From Anthoceros angustus (taxonomy: Eukaryota > Plantae > Anthocerotophyta), in the NCBI GenBank assembly GCA_010909165.1, contig MU008187.1, forward strand, positions 765,901 through 829,900: 64,000 bases of DNA. The letters run 5' to 3'. Of the stretch, positions 22,749-34,601 are shown piece after piece. The first letter of the stretch is position 1, and every line of letters begins with the position of its first letter. The notes under the pieces were generated by a model. The model was not told where the DNA came from and did not search any database. It saw nothing but the letters and a program-made list of their open reading frames with translations. The position numbers and the translations under genes were made by a program.

Positions 22749-25333
22749 TCACTCTGAAGTTACCGAAAGTCTCGCCCAATCCGGAAGAGGACATTCATAG
22801 CTCCATTTCTCACATGAATATTTTACGCAATGCAACCAGATCCCAACGACGTCCTCCTCGTATCTGCACAAGCAAGACCGGACGTAGATTTACGCTTCAA
22901 CACACTCAGCTCTCTTATCAACGTTGCTAAAGAGATTTACCCTGCAGGTTCCCAATTCGGACAATGTGTGCAAAGGGGATCTGCTGTAAACTCCGCTACT
23001 GAGCTTCTTGCGAAAAGATGGGAACTTCCGGCATCCTGCTTCGCTTCTCTTCCTGCTTTACAACATTCGGTCTTCAGATCGGCTTCCGTTGTTTCTTGTA
23101 TCTGGCCTGGTTCCATTTTTCGTTTCATAATTCAACACACGTTACCATCAATGTGAAATCAACCAACTTTCCTTTGGGCGTTACCCCTGCTGCAGAAACA
23201 GACCCAACCTGGGGGAGAAGTAGTTTCGGTTGCAATGATTGGACATCTAAGAGGGCTGTCAGCTCCTCTAGCTGCTGCTTGATCAGCTGTTGTTGCTTCT
23301 CTTGACCTCCTTGCGACGTTCTTGTGGAGATAGAGGGCATCATTAGCAATGGGATGGCCCAGGTATTGCAGATGAACACGGATCTACAGGTCAACCAAAA
23401 CTGTTAGAGACTCTGGATGACTAAAACTCTTTCCCACAACGTAGTCAGCAACCACGAAGACACATAGTGCTCGGGGACTCTCACCTGATGGGTTCTGCCT
23501 GTAAGAGGCATGCATTTGACAATGCTATATTTCCCATTGGTGCTAAGCCTTAAAAACCGGGTGCAGGAATCCTTGCCTTGTCTCCCACCTTCCTCAGGTG
23601 CTTGCTGAAGAGCGCAGCGTGTGCAAAGATGCCAGTGTAGTCAAGCAACTGGGTAAGAATGTCTGGTACTTTCCATACTGTGTGCAATAACCAAGACCAG
23701 GGCATCTGGTACCTCCACAGTGCTGAGGCCCTCGCGAGCATCATATAAAACTGGAGCGTTCACTTCCTCCTGCGTCAATGAAATTGGTTGTCAGCATTAC
23801 GTAGTATGCCAATTACAAAACAGTGGAAGGAGGGGTGCGCAAATAGGTACCTCACTTTCTGGAAACACACCCAGTACTTTGGCAACGTATTCCTTCTGAA
23901 CTCTTCCTGCCTCGATCTGTCAAGGAGGGGATCAGAGTTTGCAAAAGGAGGAGCGTCAAACAAAGTGAAAAGGGTATCCATGCAAGCACACTAAACTTGG
24001 TTCATGCTGAGACACAACAGAAAAGAAATGACCTCTTCACGAAACAGATCCGCTGTGTGCGCATTCCTTGCAAGGATCAACAGACCAGATACAAGCCGAT
24101 CAAGCCGATGTATGGCTGTAATCAGTAAAGGCCCAGAAACAAATGGCATTATGTAAACGCTACTAGACAGCAGACTTCCTGCATCATAGAACTCATCACA
24201 CAAGACCTGCAGATGCTACTCCAGAGGATACGGTAAAGGGGCCCGGCTTTATGCTCGGCTTGTAGAATTCCTATCACTGTGTTCTTCCGATACTGACCAC
24301 ATGCATGGACCTGAAACATTAGACCTCAAAAATTATCCAGAGTGTCAAACATAGTCTCTGCAAGCAATTGTACGATCTGAGGAAGGGCTGTATCTAACCA
24401 CCAAGTTAGCACAGATACTTACAGGGACAGAAGCAGGTTTGCACACAACCAACACATCTGGCCCTTCCTCCAGTACTGTCACAGGCTCTGCCATCACAGG
24501 TGGTTCATGCCTAGGGCCAGGGTTATTGAGGTGCACGAGCCAATATGCAAGCTATGCGTCTGAGAAGGAATGAATGTGACTAACAATGGGATACTGAACT
24601 CCAGGAAATACCTGTGTACAAAATGACTCACTGGTTGGGAGTCGCGTACAACATAACTGATTGTGATCCTCTGCCCACCGACACGGATCCTACCACGTTC
24701 GACAGCTTCCACCTTGAAAATGGCAGAGATCTCAGCTCCATTTCACAACCATTAACCCAGCATAGAGCATTTCAACAACTATATACTCAAGAACGAGGAT
24801 GCGGCTAGAAAGATGGCTCACATAGTATTGAGCAGGGCGCTGTCGAAATTCGTGTGAAAACAGATCAACAATGTTCTTTCCCGCCCACCTTCTTTTCACC
24901 TGATACAAGACAAGATGAACGACGCTAATCAACGGAGATGTTGGCCTCAGCTGAAAGTACTTCGAGCATGCATGAAGGCCAAGACTTTATTCTTCATTGC
25001 AATAATCCTTTAAAAAGGTTGCAAACCAGTAGGAGAGAAAACAAACGTGTGCAAGGAACTCGAAGAAATATGGCCGCACCAGTCGCCTTCCTGTGTGAAT
25101 CATATTGCCCAGCAGTCAGTTAGCACTTCATTGTTGAGATACATCGAGTTTCATAAGCAACATAAAGGATCGAATACAAAGGAGCAACATCCTGTACCCT
25201 CTCTGAAGATGTAATCTTCAGCGGTAGCTGGTCTGTCAGTGGTTTCCCACCGAATATTTGTATCATCCACAAAGTTACTGCCCACCTGGGAACTTGCAAA
25301 CGGCAGCATGGCATACCTGGGCAAGCAAGCCAC
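22749..25333 (-). CDS. RluA-family RNA pseudouridine synthase (Pus9/RPUSD2-like), multi-exon; start uncertain
   Basis: Exons read EDYIFREG, RRLVRPYFFEFLAH, VKRRWAGKNIVDLFSHEF, HEPPV, CKPASVPV, IHRLDRLVSGLLILA, GRTHQ, IRVHLQYLGHPIAND, IWLHCVKY...PLPDWA; stop at 22749-22751. Confidence 0.88.
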
Positions 25334-25632
25334 GAATTTTAGGGAGCACGCTCTTAAATTCAGATTGTTTGCTTGCCCGGATATATGTATGTGATATCCG
25401 AACTTGTGCGTGCCCTAACTATCATCAGGAGTATAGGATGTGGTCGATGTCATAGCACTGTCACAGAGGTATTGTGGAGATCGATTGCTTACCGAGATAT
25501 GTGAGCTTGAGGCTGCGCGAACTACGGAGTGCCGGATATGGTAGATGCGCCTCCTGTTGCAGCAGGTGTTTTCACCCCGGAGCTAGACTGACTACTCACA
25601 ATTAAGGCCGAGAACATTCAGCTGGCGAGGTC

Positions 25633-26454
25633 ATGGTCATGGTCATCTGTGTAGCTGTGGTAGGGCAGCAGGTGAGTCCAGTTCCGTAGGTCTCAGTGAA
25701 ATGGAGCTTTAGGCTCAAGGACCTTGGCTGCTCGATTCGTGGAATGAAAACGTTGTACGTGTGTGGCGCTGCAGAACAATCCTCTCTACTTGCAAAGCTT
25801 CACGGAAGACAACGGTGACGAGGATTTAAAGTTCCACCACTTGGTGCACTGTTCGCTGGATGTGTTCGAGGAGAAAGGTACGTAGGTACGAGGGGAAGCC
25901 CCTGTTCAACGCATCTGACATTTGCAGTCTTAAGCATTACGTTGAGAAAACGTTCAGTCTTATTCTTGCCTGTGACCTGCAGTGAATACCAAAAAAGCAG
26001 GTGCGACATCAAGCGAGACATTTCTTGGTCTTCTTTACCCTTCAGAAGGATATAAAATGTAAGAACCGCTTTTCTATGCTGTGGTGTAGTTGAAAGTCGT
26101 GCTTCACTTTCATTTGATGCTGTGTTGCTTCTCGCAGTTTTGGATACTTGAGTAACACGAAGATCAAATTTGTTCTTATCACCAGTGATCAAGAACACAG
26201 GGATGCAGACGTCAGAGGTGTAGGTTCCTCGACTGTAACCTGCCTTTGGAAGTGGAACGGGACTTGAGGTCCCTCAATTGATGCTAGAAATGACGTGTGT
26301 TTGCTGTTTGCAGTTTTTTCGTAGATTCCATGCGGCCTATGTGGATGCAGCGTCAAATCCTTTCCATGTGCCAGGGAAGAGGATCACATCACCTGCCTTT
26401 GCAGAAAGAATTAGTGCCATCGTGAAGTCTTTTGGTGCCACTTCAGCAGCCTGA
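25633..26454 (+). CDS. TRAPPC2L: TRAPP complex subunit 2-like (sedlin family), 5 exons: about 25633-25671, 25775-25877, 25983-26058, 26138-26219, 26314-26454
   Basis: Manually spliced at GT-AG sites: MVICVAVVGQQ/NNPLYLQSF...HHLVHCSLDVFEEK/...FLGLLYPSEGYKI/FGYLSNTKIKFVLIT.../FFRRFHAAYVDAASNPFHVPGKRITS...*. Confidence 0.9.
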
Positions 26455-26809
26455 CGTGGGCTTCTGATGATAGCATGATGCAGCTGCTGGCAATGGCTGT
26501 CTGCAACAGGATGCGACAAAATGGATGCAAGATGCATGAGGTTGTCTTAGTTCTGTGAGTATGATCCGATGCTGGTGCACCTGCTTCTCGGCACACTGAT
26601 GCACTCATGGCACGCTGCACCTCAACCTTGCTCCTGGACTTTCCAGACGTGTTTAGCACACTCCCCACTACAAGAACATCAGCTTTGGAGTGTGGGATAT
26701 CGTGCGGCCTGCTGATTGTACGCACCGCTATCGATTTCATGGCAACTTCCCTAGCCGCTTCCTTTCGGAGGTGCGCGATGATCTCTTACTATCCTATTGG
26801 ACATGTCGT

Positions 26810-26950
26810 GTTAGCTTTGTTCGTCTTTGCTTGTATCAGGTGAAAAGAAGGTGCGCGGGAAAGAACATTCTTGATCTGTTTTCACACGAATTTACAGAGC
26901 GCCCTGCGCAACATTATGTGAGCTGTCTATCTACCCGCATCCTCGTTCTT
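26810..26950 (+). pseudogene. Inverted duplicate of one pseudouridine-synthase exon with flanking intron sequence
   Basis: TTGTATCAG GTGAAAAGAAGG...CATTAT GTGAGC (VKRRCAGKNILDLFSHEFTERPAQHY) matches the reverse complement of about 24785-24930. Confidence 0.85.
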
Positions 26951-27125
26951 GGGTACAGTCTTGTTATCATCGTGTCAAGTTGGGATTGTTCTTGGGCACA
27001 GTCTTGTTATCATCGTGTCAAGTTGGGATTGTTCTTGGGCACAGTCTTGTTATCATCGTGTCAAGTTGGGATTGTACCCTTTTACAGTCTTGATATCATC
27101 GAGTCAAGTTGGGATTGTACCCTTT
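26945..27125 (+). repeat. 43-bp minisatellite, about 4 copies
   Basis: Unit GTTCTTGGGCACAGTCTTGTTATCATCGTGTCAAGTTGGGATT. Confidence 0.9.
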
Positions 27126-27559
27126 TCGACAAGTAAATGACAAAAAAATTGTCCCCTGGTCAAAGGTTTACAAACTGGATGCTGCTTAATAAGTAAATAA
27201 TAAGAACAAAGGTTTACAAACTCGATGTTGCTTAGTAACAAGTAAACGATAAGAAATCATCACCCGGTCAAAGGTTTACAAACTCGAACGCCGCACTAAC
27301 TAGCGGGGTCCATGTGGTGAAGTAGCTCATGTATATATATAGGTAGATAAAGACAACTCTGGTCAACTAGGAATAGAGGACTATATGTAGATAACTTATG
27401 GTTGCATAACTTATAACTTATATGCTGCCATATGGATGTGAGAAAAGAAGAGGATGATTTATTGAGGTGAAAGAACGATGGAAAGAGACCATCTAGGAGG
27501 GGACAACAAATGGGGACCTGGGGGTCGGAGTGAAGAGAAGCGAGCTCCCTACCTAAAGT

Positions 27560-30500
27560 GACCAAGCTGCACCCACAATGTCATGCGGTAGAATAAGCGA
27601 CTGCAAACCACGGAGGAAGAGGAAAAGGCATCACCCACCGTCGCCTTATGGAGAATCGCCGTTGAGAGCCCCGTTGAAGAGCAATAGAAACCAGCGGAAG
27701 TATCTTGTAATCTGAGAGAGGCGACCACACTATACTGCGCATGGTAACCTTTGGCACAAGACTTGACGAATTTGTTTAAGTCCTTAGCCATTGCCCCATA
27801 CGTTTCTAGAGCAAGCGGGATAAAGAGGCGGCCCGCTTGCATCCTGCTATACTTGCGGACCTTGAGAGCCGCTGCACCGGCAGCAGCCCAGCCTGGACGG
27901 TTGGTGATGACCTGGGCGGAGGTGGCGTCACGTGCAGGGTCAGTAACCACTACATCCGCCACCACAACCTGGTCGCCACGGACAAGGTATAGGTCCGCCC
28001 TGACAAGAGCGGAGCCGCGCTCTAGTGGACACAGAGATGGAGGTCACAGGGAGCAGTGGCGGGCTTCTCGGCGAGAGATGCGCAATCCCCTAAAGCCATC
28101 GATGATAAATGTAGAAAGGAGGAACTCCTTGAGCATCTGATAACATGTCTGCACTCTCGAGGCGATTGGAGAGAAGGTTCCCTCCTCCACACTTGATACG
28201 AGATCCTCGAGAAAGGGCTTATCATGGAGGATGAAGCAGGAAGCCAAGGCGGGAGAGGGCCCAACTCCCAAGAAAGCCGGGGAGACCTCCGATGAGGCGA
28301 TCCTCGCCTCCAAATTGCAGGCGGGGATGCTTGCCGGGCAGGCGGGGCAGCCCAGGCACTCAAAAGCCCCAGGCCCAAGATGTCCCCAAGAGTATCCATA
28401 ATCTTCGTATCAAACCCCGGGCCGGGACAAAGGGCGGAGAGGAGGCGTCTGAGATGAGGTACCAGGCGCCTAGCAAAACAAGAAAGGATTCCAAAGGCCA
28501 CCAGGCATCCTCCGGCAAGGGAGGTCCCCAATATGGGAGGTCCTGCAAGGGCCTTGTCGAGCTCCCAATGAAGTCGAGACCAAGGGACCCCAAGAATCCA
28601 TGAGACCAAGAGCAATCTCCCAGCGGAAGCAGTGGCGGGATCCCCAGCAGGGACAGCCTTGACTTGGACATCTTGACCTTCAAGCCCCTGCTTGAGGAGA
28701 ATATCTCAAAGGCCTCCTTGACTTTGTCCCAGGGCAGGATGTGAGAAACACGAAGGCGTTCTTGTCTTTGGTAGTAGAGGTTGGAGGACCTCCATGAAAC
28801 CTTGGGACAAAGGGTATAAGACTCCCAGGGCCTTGACATCCCTAAGCTCCTCAAAGATGGCTCGGAAATGGTATTGAAGGCGTTCTCGACATCCACTGTA
28901 AGACTACCCAATCCGGGTGGGTATCAAGGCAAGCTTTCACCTAGCACCAGACTCGCCCGGGTGCAATGCCAAATTGAAGGGGTTGAAGTCTTCTTGGAGA
29001 AGGGCAACTGAGGCGATAGTCGGTGAGTAGCCGCATGAAGGCCTCCCAACCGCAGGCGCCGCAGGCGAGCTTGTCCATAGCGACAAGCCTACTAGGCTAC
29101 AAACATGAAATCCGGTGAGGCATCTCTCCACGAGCCGCATGACCCGGAGAAAAGAGCTGGAAAGCCGCTAGATGGATCTTGAGGAGAAAGAGGTCCCTAA
29201 GGTGTTCGAACACCATTCCCGAAAAAGCCGGCGGATGAAAAGGCGAGGGTTGTGGAAGGCGAGCAAAAGCCGCCGGTCGAGAGAAGGTTCCCTCCTCCAC
29301 ACTTGATACGAGATCCTCGAGAAAGGGCTTATCATGGAGGATGAAGCAGGAAGCCAAGGCGGGGAAGAGGGCCCAACTCCCAAGCCGCGGAAGAGACCTC
29401 CGATGAGGCGATCCCTCGCCTCCAAATTGCAGGCGGGGATGCTTGCAGGTGGGCAGAGGCAAGGCACTCAAAAGCCCCAGGCCCAAGATGTCCCCAAGTA
29501 TCCATAATCTTACGTATCAAACCCCGGGCCGGGACAAAGGCGAGCGGAGGCACCGTCTGAGATGAGGTACCAGGCGCCTAGCAAACAAGAAAGGATTCCA
29601 AAGGCCACCAGGCATCCTCCGGGGAGGTCCCCAATATGGGAGAGGTCCTCTGCAAGGGCCTTGTCGAGCTCCCAATGAAGTGGGGGGGACCCCAAGAATC
29701 CATGAGACCAAGAGCCGGAGCAATCTCCCAGTAGGAAGCAGTGGCGGGATCCCGACAGGGGCAGGCATGACTTGGACATCTTGACCTTCAAGCCCACCCT
29801 GGCTTGGAAGAGAATATCTCAAAGGCCTCCTTGACTTTGTCCCAGGCAGGGATGTGAGAAACTGAGACGTTCTTGTCTTTGGTAGTAGAGGTTGGAGGAC
29901 CTCCCATAGAACTTGGGACAAAGGGTATAAGACTCCCAGGGCCTTGACATCCCTAAGCTCCTCAAAGATGGCCTTGAAAATGGTATTGAAGGCGTTCTCG
30001 ACATCCACTGTAAGACTACCCAATCCGGGTGGGTATCAAGGCAAGCTTTCACCTAGCACCAGGACTACGGCCCGGGTGTGGTGCAAATTGAGGGGTTGAA
30101 GTCTTCTTGGAGAAGGGAGGCTGAGGCGATAGTCGGTGAGTAGCCGCATGAAGGCCTCCCAACCATGACAGGCGCTTGAGGCCGGCGAGCTTGTCCATAG
30201 CGACAAGCCTACTAGGCTGAAACGGTGAAATCCGGTGAGGCATCTCTCCACGAGTGAGACCCGGAGAAAAGAGCTGGAAAGCCGCTAGATGGATCTTGAG
30301 GAGAAAGAGGTCCCTAAGGTGTTCGAACACCATTCCCAAAAAACCGGAGATGAAAAGGCGAGGGTTGTGGAGAGCGAGCAAAAGCCGAGGAGAAGGATCC
30401 TCGGGACATAGTCGGATATGTCGGGAATGGCATCCTTAGGTGGCGGATGGAGGCACGGGCGGCAATTGTCTCTTGAGCGGAGGCCGGAGGGGCGGGTCGA

Positions 30501-31300
30501 AGAGCCCTAGCGGCCGGGCATATTCACCGCTGGCCAAGCAACTGCGGCGTAGGTTTGTTGCATTACGTACTGTTCAACTGGCATTCGCCGGGACTTGGCG
30601 GCCGCCTGACCTCCTCTGAAGAGCCCGATCGCCCGGCCAGCGAGGCGGCTAGCAACTTCACGGTGCCAGCCCCCTAGTGCAGAAGACACCATCGGAGAAG
30701 AAGGAGGAGGCACCAAGCTAACTCATCCGGGATCGAGTGCAAGGCGATCTAGGGAAGGCGAAATGCCAGACGGGCATCATCGTGAAGGTGGGAAACTGCG
30801 GAAGATCGCGGACATGGAAGCGGTTTGTTTGAACATCCCAAGGATGTGATCCGGTGACTCGCAACCATTCCGAAGAAAGAGGCACCACAAGGAGAAAGCT
30901 CATGCGGGGGCCGGGCGTGGACGTGGAGGAGGTCGCGGCGTGCACTTGGGCAGCCAGGTAGTCGTGAAATCTTTATGCATGTGCCCGAGGTGAGTTTTCA
31001 CCCCTTGGCCTTGTGATGAGAGTTGAGCCTGAGGGGACAAGGAGTGTCCTTGGCGATCACGGAGGTGTGGATCGCCCCATTGGATGGGGGCGAAAAGCTG
31101 CAAAGCCGGTTGAAGGGTGGCGGGGCGGGAGGACAGAGGCAAAAGAACTGGACGGACATCTGAGTTTGAGCTCAAGGCGAACCCCAAAAGGCCGGCCAAA
31201 GGGCCCCGGCTGAAGAGGGGTGCAACCCAGGACCACGCCAACCACCAAACTAACGCCCACACCTCGGCACCCAAAAGCGGGCGGGATCCCCATGGCGGAA
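27560..31300 (-). mobile_element. Degenerate CRE-clade-like non-LTR retrotransposon (ZnF-RT-RLE) with a 1.1 kb internal tandem duplication
   Basis: GVKTHLGHMH zinc finger (about 30970-31060), RT motif VDVENAFNTI (28870-28900 and 29980-30010), RLE tail RADLYL..DQVVVADVVVTDP...ALKVRKY...FIPLALETYG (27790-28005). Confidence 0.75.
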
Positions 31301-31384
31301 AGAAGCGCGGATAAGCGGCAGATGAAAATGGACTCACGAACATGTAATAGAGCTCACAACAATCACACAATCAACGAACCATCA

Positions 31385-31640
31385 ATCAATCGCAACATCT
31401 AGGGCATAACACTCAATCGCAACACCTAGGGCATAACCTAGCAATCAATGTTTAACGCAATACAGGGCATAACACTCAATCGCAACATCTAGGGCCTAGC
31501 ATCCGCGCAACACCTAGGGCATAACTCACGCAACATCTAGGGCCTAGCATAACACCTAGGGCATAACACTCGGCCGCAACATCTAGGGCCTAGCATTCAA
31601 AGCACCTGGCATAACACTCGGTAACATCTAGGGCCTAGCC
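31385..31640 (+). repeat. Degenerate minisatellite at the 5' flank of the CRE-like element
   Basis: Recurrent CGCAACA(C/T)CTAGGGCATAAC / CTAGGGCCTAGC units, about 9 copies. Confidence 0.8.
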
Positions 31641-32254
31641 TTCCAAGTAGCCAATATATATAAGATTAACTCGCACATAGCTGCGTGCACTGCACTCAAA
31701 GCGCCAATATAATGAGCTTGTAATTGGATAACATCCCTTATCTTCACCTCGATTCGAATGTGAAAATATCTTCCCAATCATTGGCTCATTCCATATAGCT
31801 TAAAGCATGTCACCCAAGATGTACCATGCCTTGTCAATCTTCACTTTATCCTCAAAAGGTTCTATGCCTTACGGATCTTCAATTTATCGTAGCGTCGGCA
31901 CATATTCCAGGGTTTCAACCCCTAGTTCTAAATCAACGACATCATGGCTCCGGTCTTTAAATAATAAGTTCATATGCTCCCTTGATATATAAAACTTCTA
32001 TAAAGTAATGAAGAAATTAAGATGCTCGAACCAAGTAGAGAAAACACAATATCTAAGGATGCCTACAACATCTTGAGGATAGAGGAGCCCTAGCCAAGAT
32101 CATTGCCCTCGATGACATAGCATAGAAGCTTTGTGATGGATATATGATGTTTGAATATAGTGGGGTTCACATACATCAAGATTGAATATATATATACGCG
32201 AGCGAAGAGAGCACCGCCTCAGCAAACCACTCCCAAGATGGGTTCTACACAGGA

Positions 32255-32575
32255 AGGAACATCACTCTCCACAGGAAGGAGCACCACAAGGAAGACCACT
32301 CTCCAGAGGAAGACCACTCTCAAGTTTACAGGCCATAACACTCAACATCTCCATCTCAACGATGTTTAAGGAACACCACTCTCCACGGAAGGAGCACCAC
32401 AAGGAAGACCACTCTCCACAGCAAGGAAGACCACTCTCAAGTTTACCAGGCCATAACACTCAACCGCAACATCTCCATCTCCAACCGATGTTTAAGGAAC
32501 ACCACTCTCCACAGGAAGGAGCATCACAAGGAAGACCACTCTCCACAGCAAGGAAGACCACTCTCCAGCAAGGAT
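32255..32575 (+). repeat. Nested tandem repeat, possibly LTR-derived
   Basis: AAGGAAGACCACTCTC(C)A units inside two or three larger blocks containing GGCCATAACACTCAAC...ATCTCCATCTC. Confidence 0.7.
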
Positions 32576-32604
32576 GATCATGAAGTCAAATCAATATCCC
32601 GGCT

Positions 32605-33585
32605 CCGGGGGTTTGATACGAAGATTATGGATACTCTTGGGGACATCCTGGGCTCAGGGGCTTTTGAGTGCCTTGGGGGCGTCTAAGCCTGCAAGCATCC
32701 ACTGCTGCAATTTTGGGCGTGGGGCTCTCGGAGGTCTCTTCCCCACGGCTTTCTTGGGAGTTGGGCCCTCTCTGCGCCTGCCTTGGCTTCCCGTTTCATC
32801 CTCCATGACAAGCCCTTTCTCGAGGATCTCGTATCAAGTGTGGAGGAGGGAACCTTCTCTCTCCAATCGTCCTTGAGGCAGGCCAGAGACATGTTATCAG
32901 CAGATGCTCGGAAGGACTTCCCTCCTTTCTCTACATTTATCACTGATGGCTTTAGGGGATTGCAGGCATCTCTGCTCGAGAAGCAGCTCGGCCAGGCTTT
33001 TCAGTCTGTCCCCCAGGACCCCTCCATCTCCAGGTCCACTAGAGCGTGGCTCCGCTCTTGTTCAGGAAGGAGGCGGGTGCAGCTCTTGGCCCGCCCATGC
33101 ATGCAGATTTCACATCGCACCAACCACCTTCACTCTGCGATGCGATTCCGTCTCGGCCTACTCCGACTGTGGCTTCTTCGCTCCTCACTTGTGAGTGCGG
33201 CTCTGCCTTGGCGTCTCGGTGTCCACCTTGCTCGTTGTCCCCACGGGTCATCGACCACTCATGACGCCATCCGTGGCGTCATGTTTGCCATTGCTCGCGA
33301 AAGTGGCTATATGGCATGGAGGGAGCGGGAGTATACTCTTCTTATAGGTCATTCAATCAGGGCGGACCTATACCTTCTCCGTGGCGACCAGGTTGTGGTG
33401 GCGGATGTAGTGTTCTGACCAGCGTGGCCACCTCCGCCTGTGTCATCACCAACCGCCCAGCCGGGTCACCGCCTGCACTCTCAAGGTCCATAAGTATAGC
33501 GGGATGCAAGCGGGCCACCTCTTTATCCCGCTTGCTCTAGAAACGTATGGGGCAATGGCTGAGGACTTTGACAAATTCGTCAAGA
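32605..33585 (+). mobile_element. Second CRE-like 3' fragment (post-RT region, Cys/His knuckle, RLE), opposite orientation
   Basis: Homologous to the reverse complement of 27770-28420; TCECG...HLARCPHG...THDAIR, RADLYLLRGDQVVVADVV, then K..KY and FIPLALETYG with frameshifts. Confidence 0.78.
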
Positions 33586-33725
33586 GAAATAGGTATGACC
33601 ATGTCCATGCAGGCCATATGGTGAAGCAGTCTATACATTAGGTAGATAAATACAATTTTGGTAAAAAAAGAATAGGTGACCATATATGTAGATAACTCTA
33701 GTATTGTGGTAAGACTGTTGCTAAG

Positions 33726-33905
33726 TGGGTGCTTTGTCATAGATTGAGGCTCAATGGGGTGCTTTGTCATAGATTGAGCTGAGTGGGTGCTTTGTCATAG
33801 ATTGAGGTTCAGCGGGGTGCTTTGTCATAGATTGAGTTGAGTGGGTGCTTTGTCATAGATTGAGGCTCAATGGGGTGCTTTGTCATAGATTGAGCTGAGT
33901 GGGTG
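33726..33905 (+). repeat. About 29-bp minisatellite, about 6 copies
   Basis: Core GGGTGCTTTGTCATAGATTGAG separated by short variable linkers. Confidence 0.88.
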
Positions 33906-34601
33906 ACTTGATCCATGCGGAGGCTAACTGTCGAGAGGCCAGTTGTAGCATGGTTTGGGTAAGATTTGGTTGGACTAGTGAAATGACACCTAATCAAGTA
34001 ACAAGAGACAAGTGGTGAGGTCGCTAATGATTGTATGGAAGTCTTTGAGCTGTGTTGATTCCCTTCACTGGGTGAGGAATGCAAGTTTGTGATTTATGAA
34101 GGATGAGGTTTATGAAGGAGACCTCACTCACCAAATAGCTTTCCATTCTGAATATGCGCTCCTTGCTTGCAAGTTCAGAGTTCTCACAAGTTCACACATC
34201 TTGGTACCTGGTTGTCTTGTTTTAAAGGCCGGGGGTGTCAGCATGTATAAATCCATGTTGTGGGTTTTAGACTGAGCATTTGAAGCATATTATTTTCTCC
34301 TTCCTATAATATACGATGGACGGTTGCCGCATGATACCTGCGTTGTGTAACCCTCGCTTCCCATCGATACCCGATGGCTATTAAGGCCGCATCATCACGG
34401 AGGACACATCCCATCCCTCGTGAACCGTGTGCACCATCTGCACCTAACCACGCGCCGTTCCTAACCGTGCGATCCCCGTTCCCTGCATGCTCGCCCCGGG
34501 AGCCCGCCGATGTCCCTGCCCCGCTGCGGCCGACACGATCGATGCCCCCTCCTCGCCGCCGTGGCCGATGCAGAGGGCATCCGCCGTCAAAGTATATACA
34601 A

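Noticed and set aside
27308-27400. About 90-bp diverged direct repeat with 33612-33700, near the 3' ends of both CRE-like copies
   Set aside because: Same orientation although the elements are opposite, so it is not an element terminus; more likely a decayed relic of another TE.
33726-33905. CRISPR-like appearance of this and other short repeat arrays (26945-27125, 31385-31640, 46647-46750)
   Set aside because: No unique spacers of about 30 nt, no cas genes and a eukaryotic context; these are plain minisatellites.
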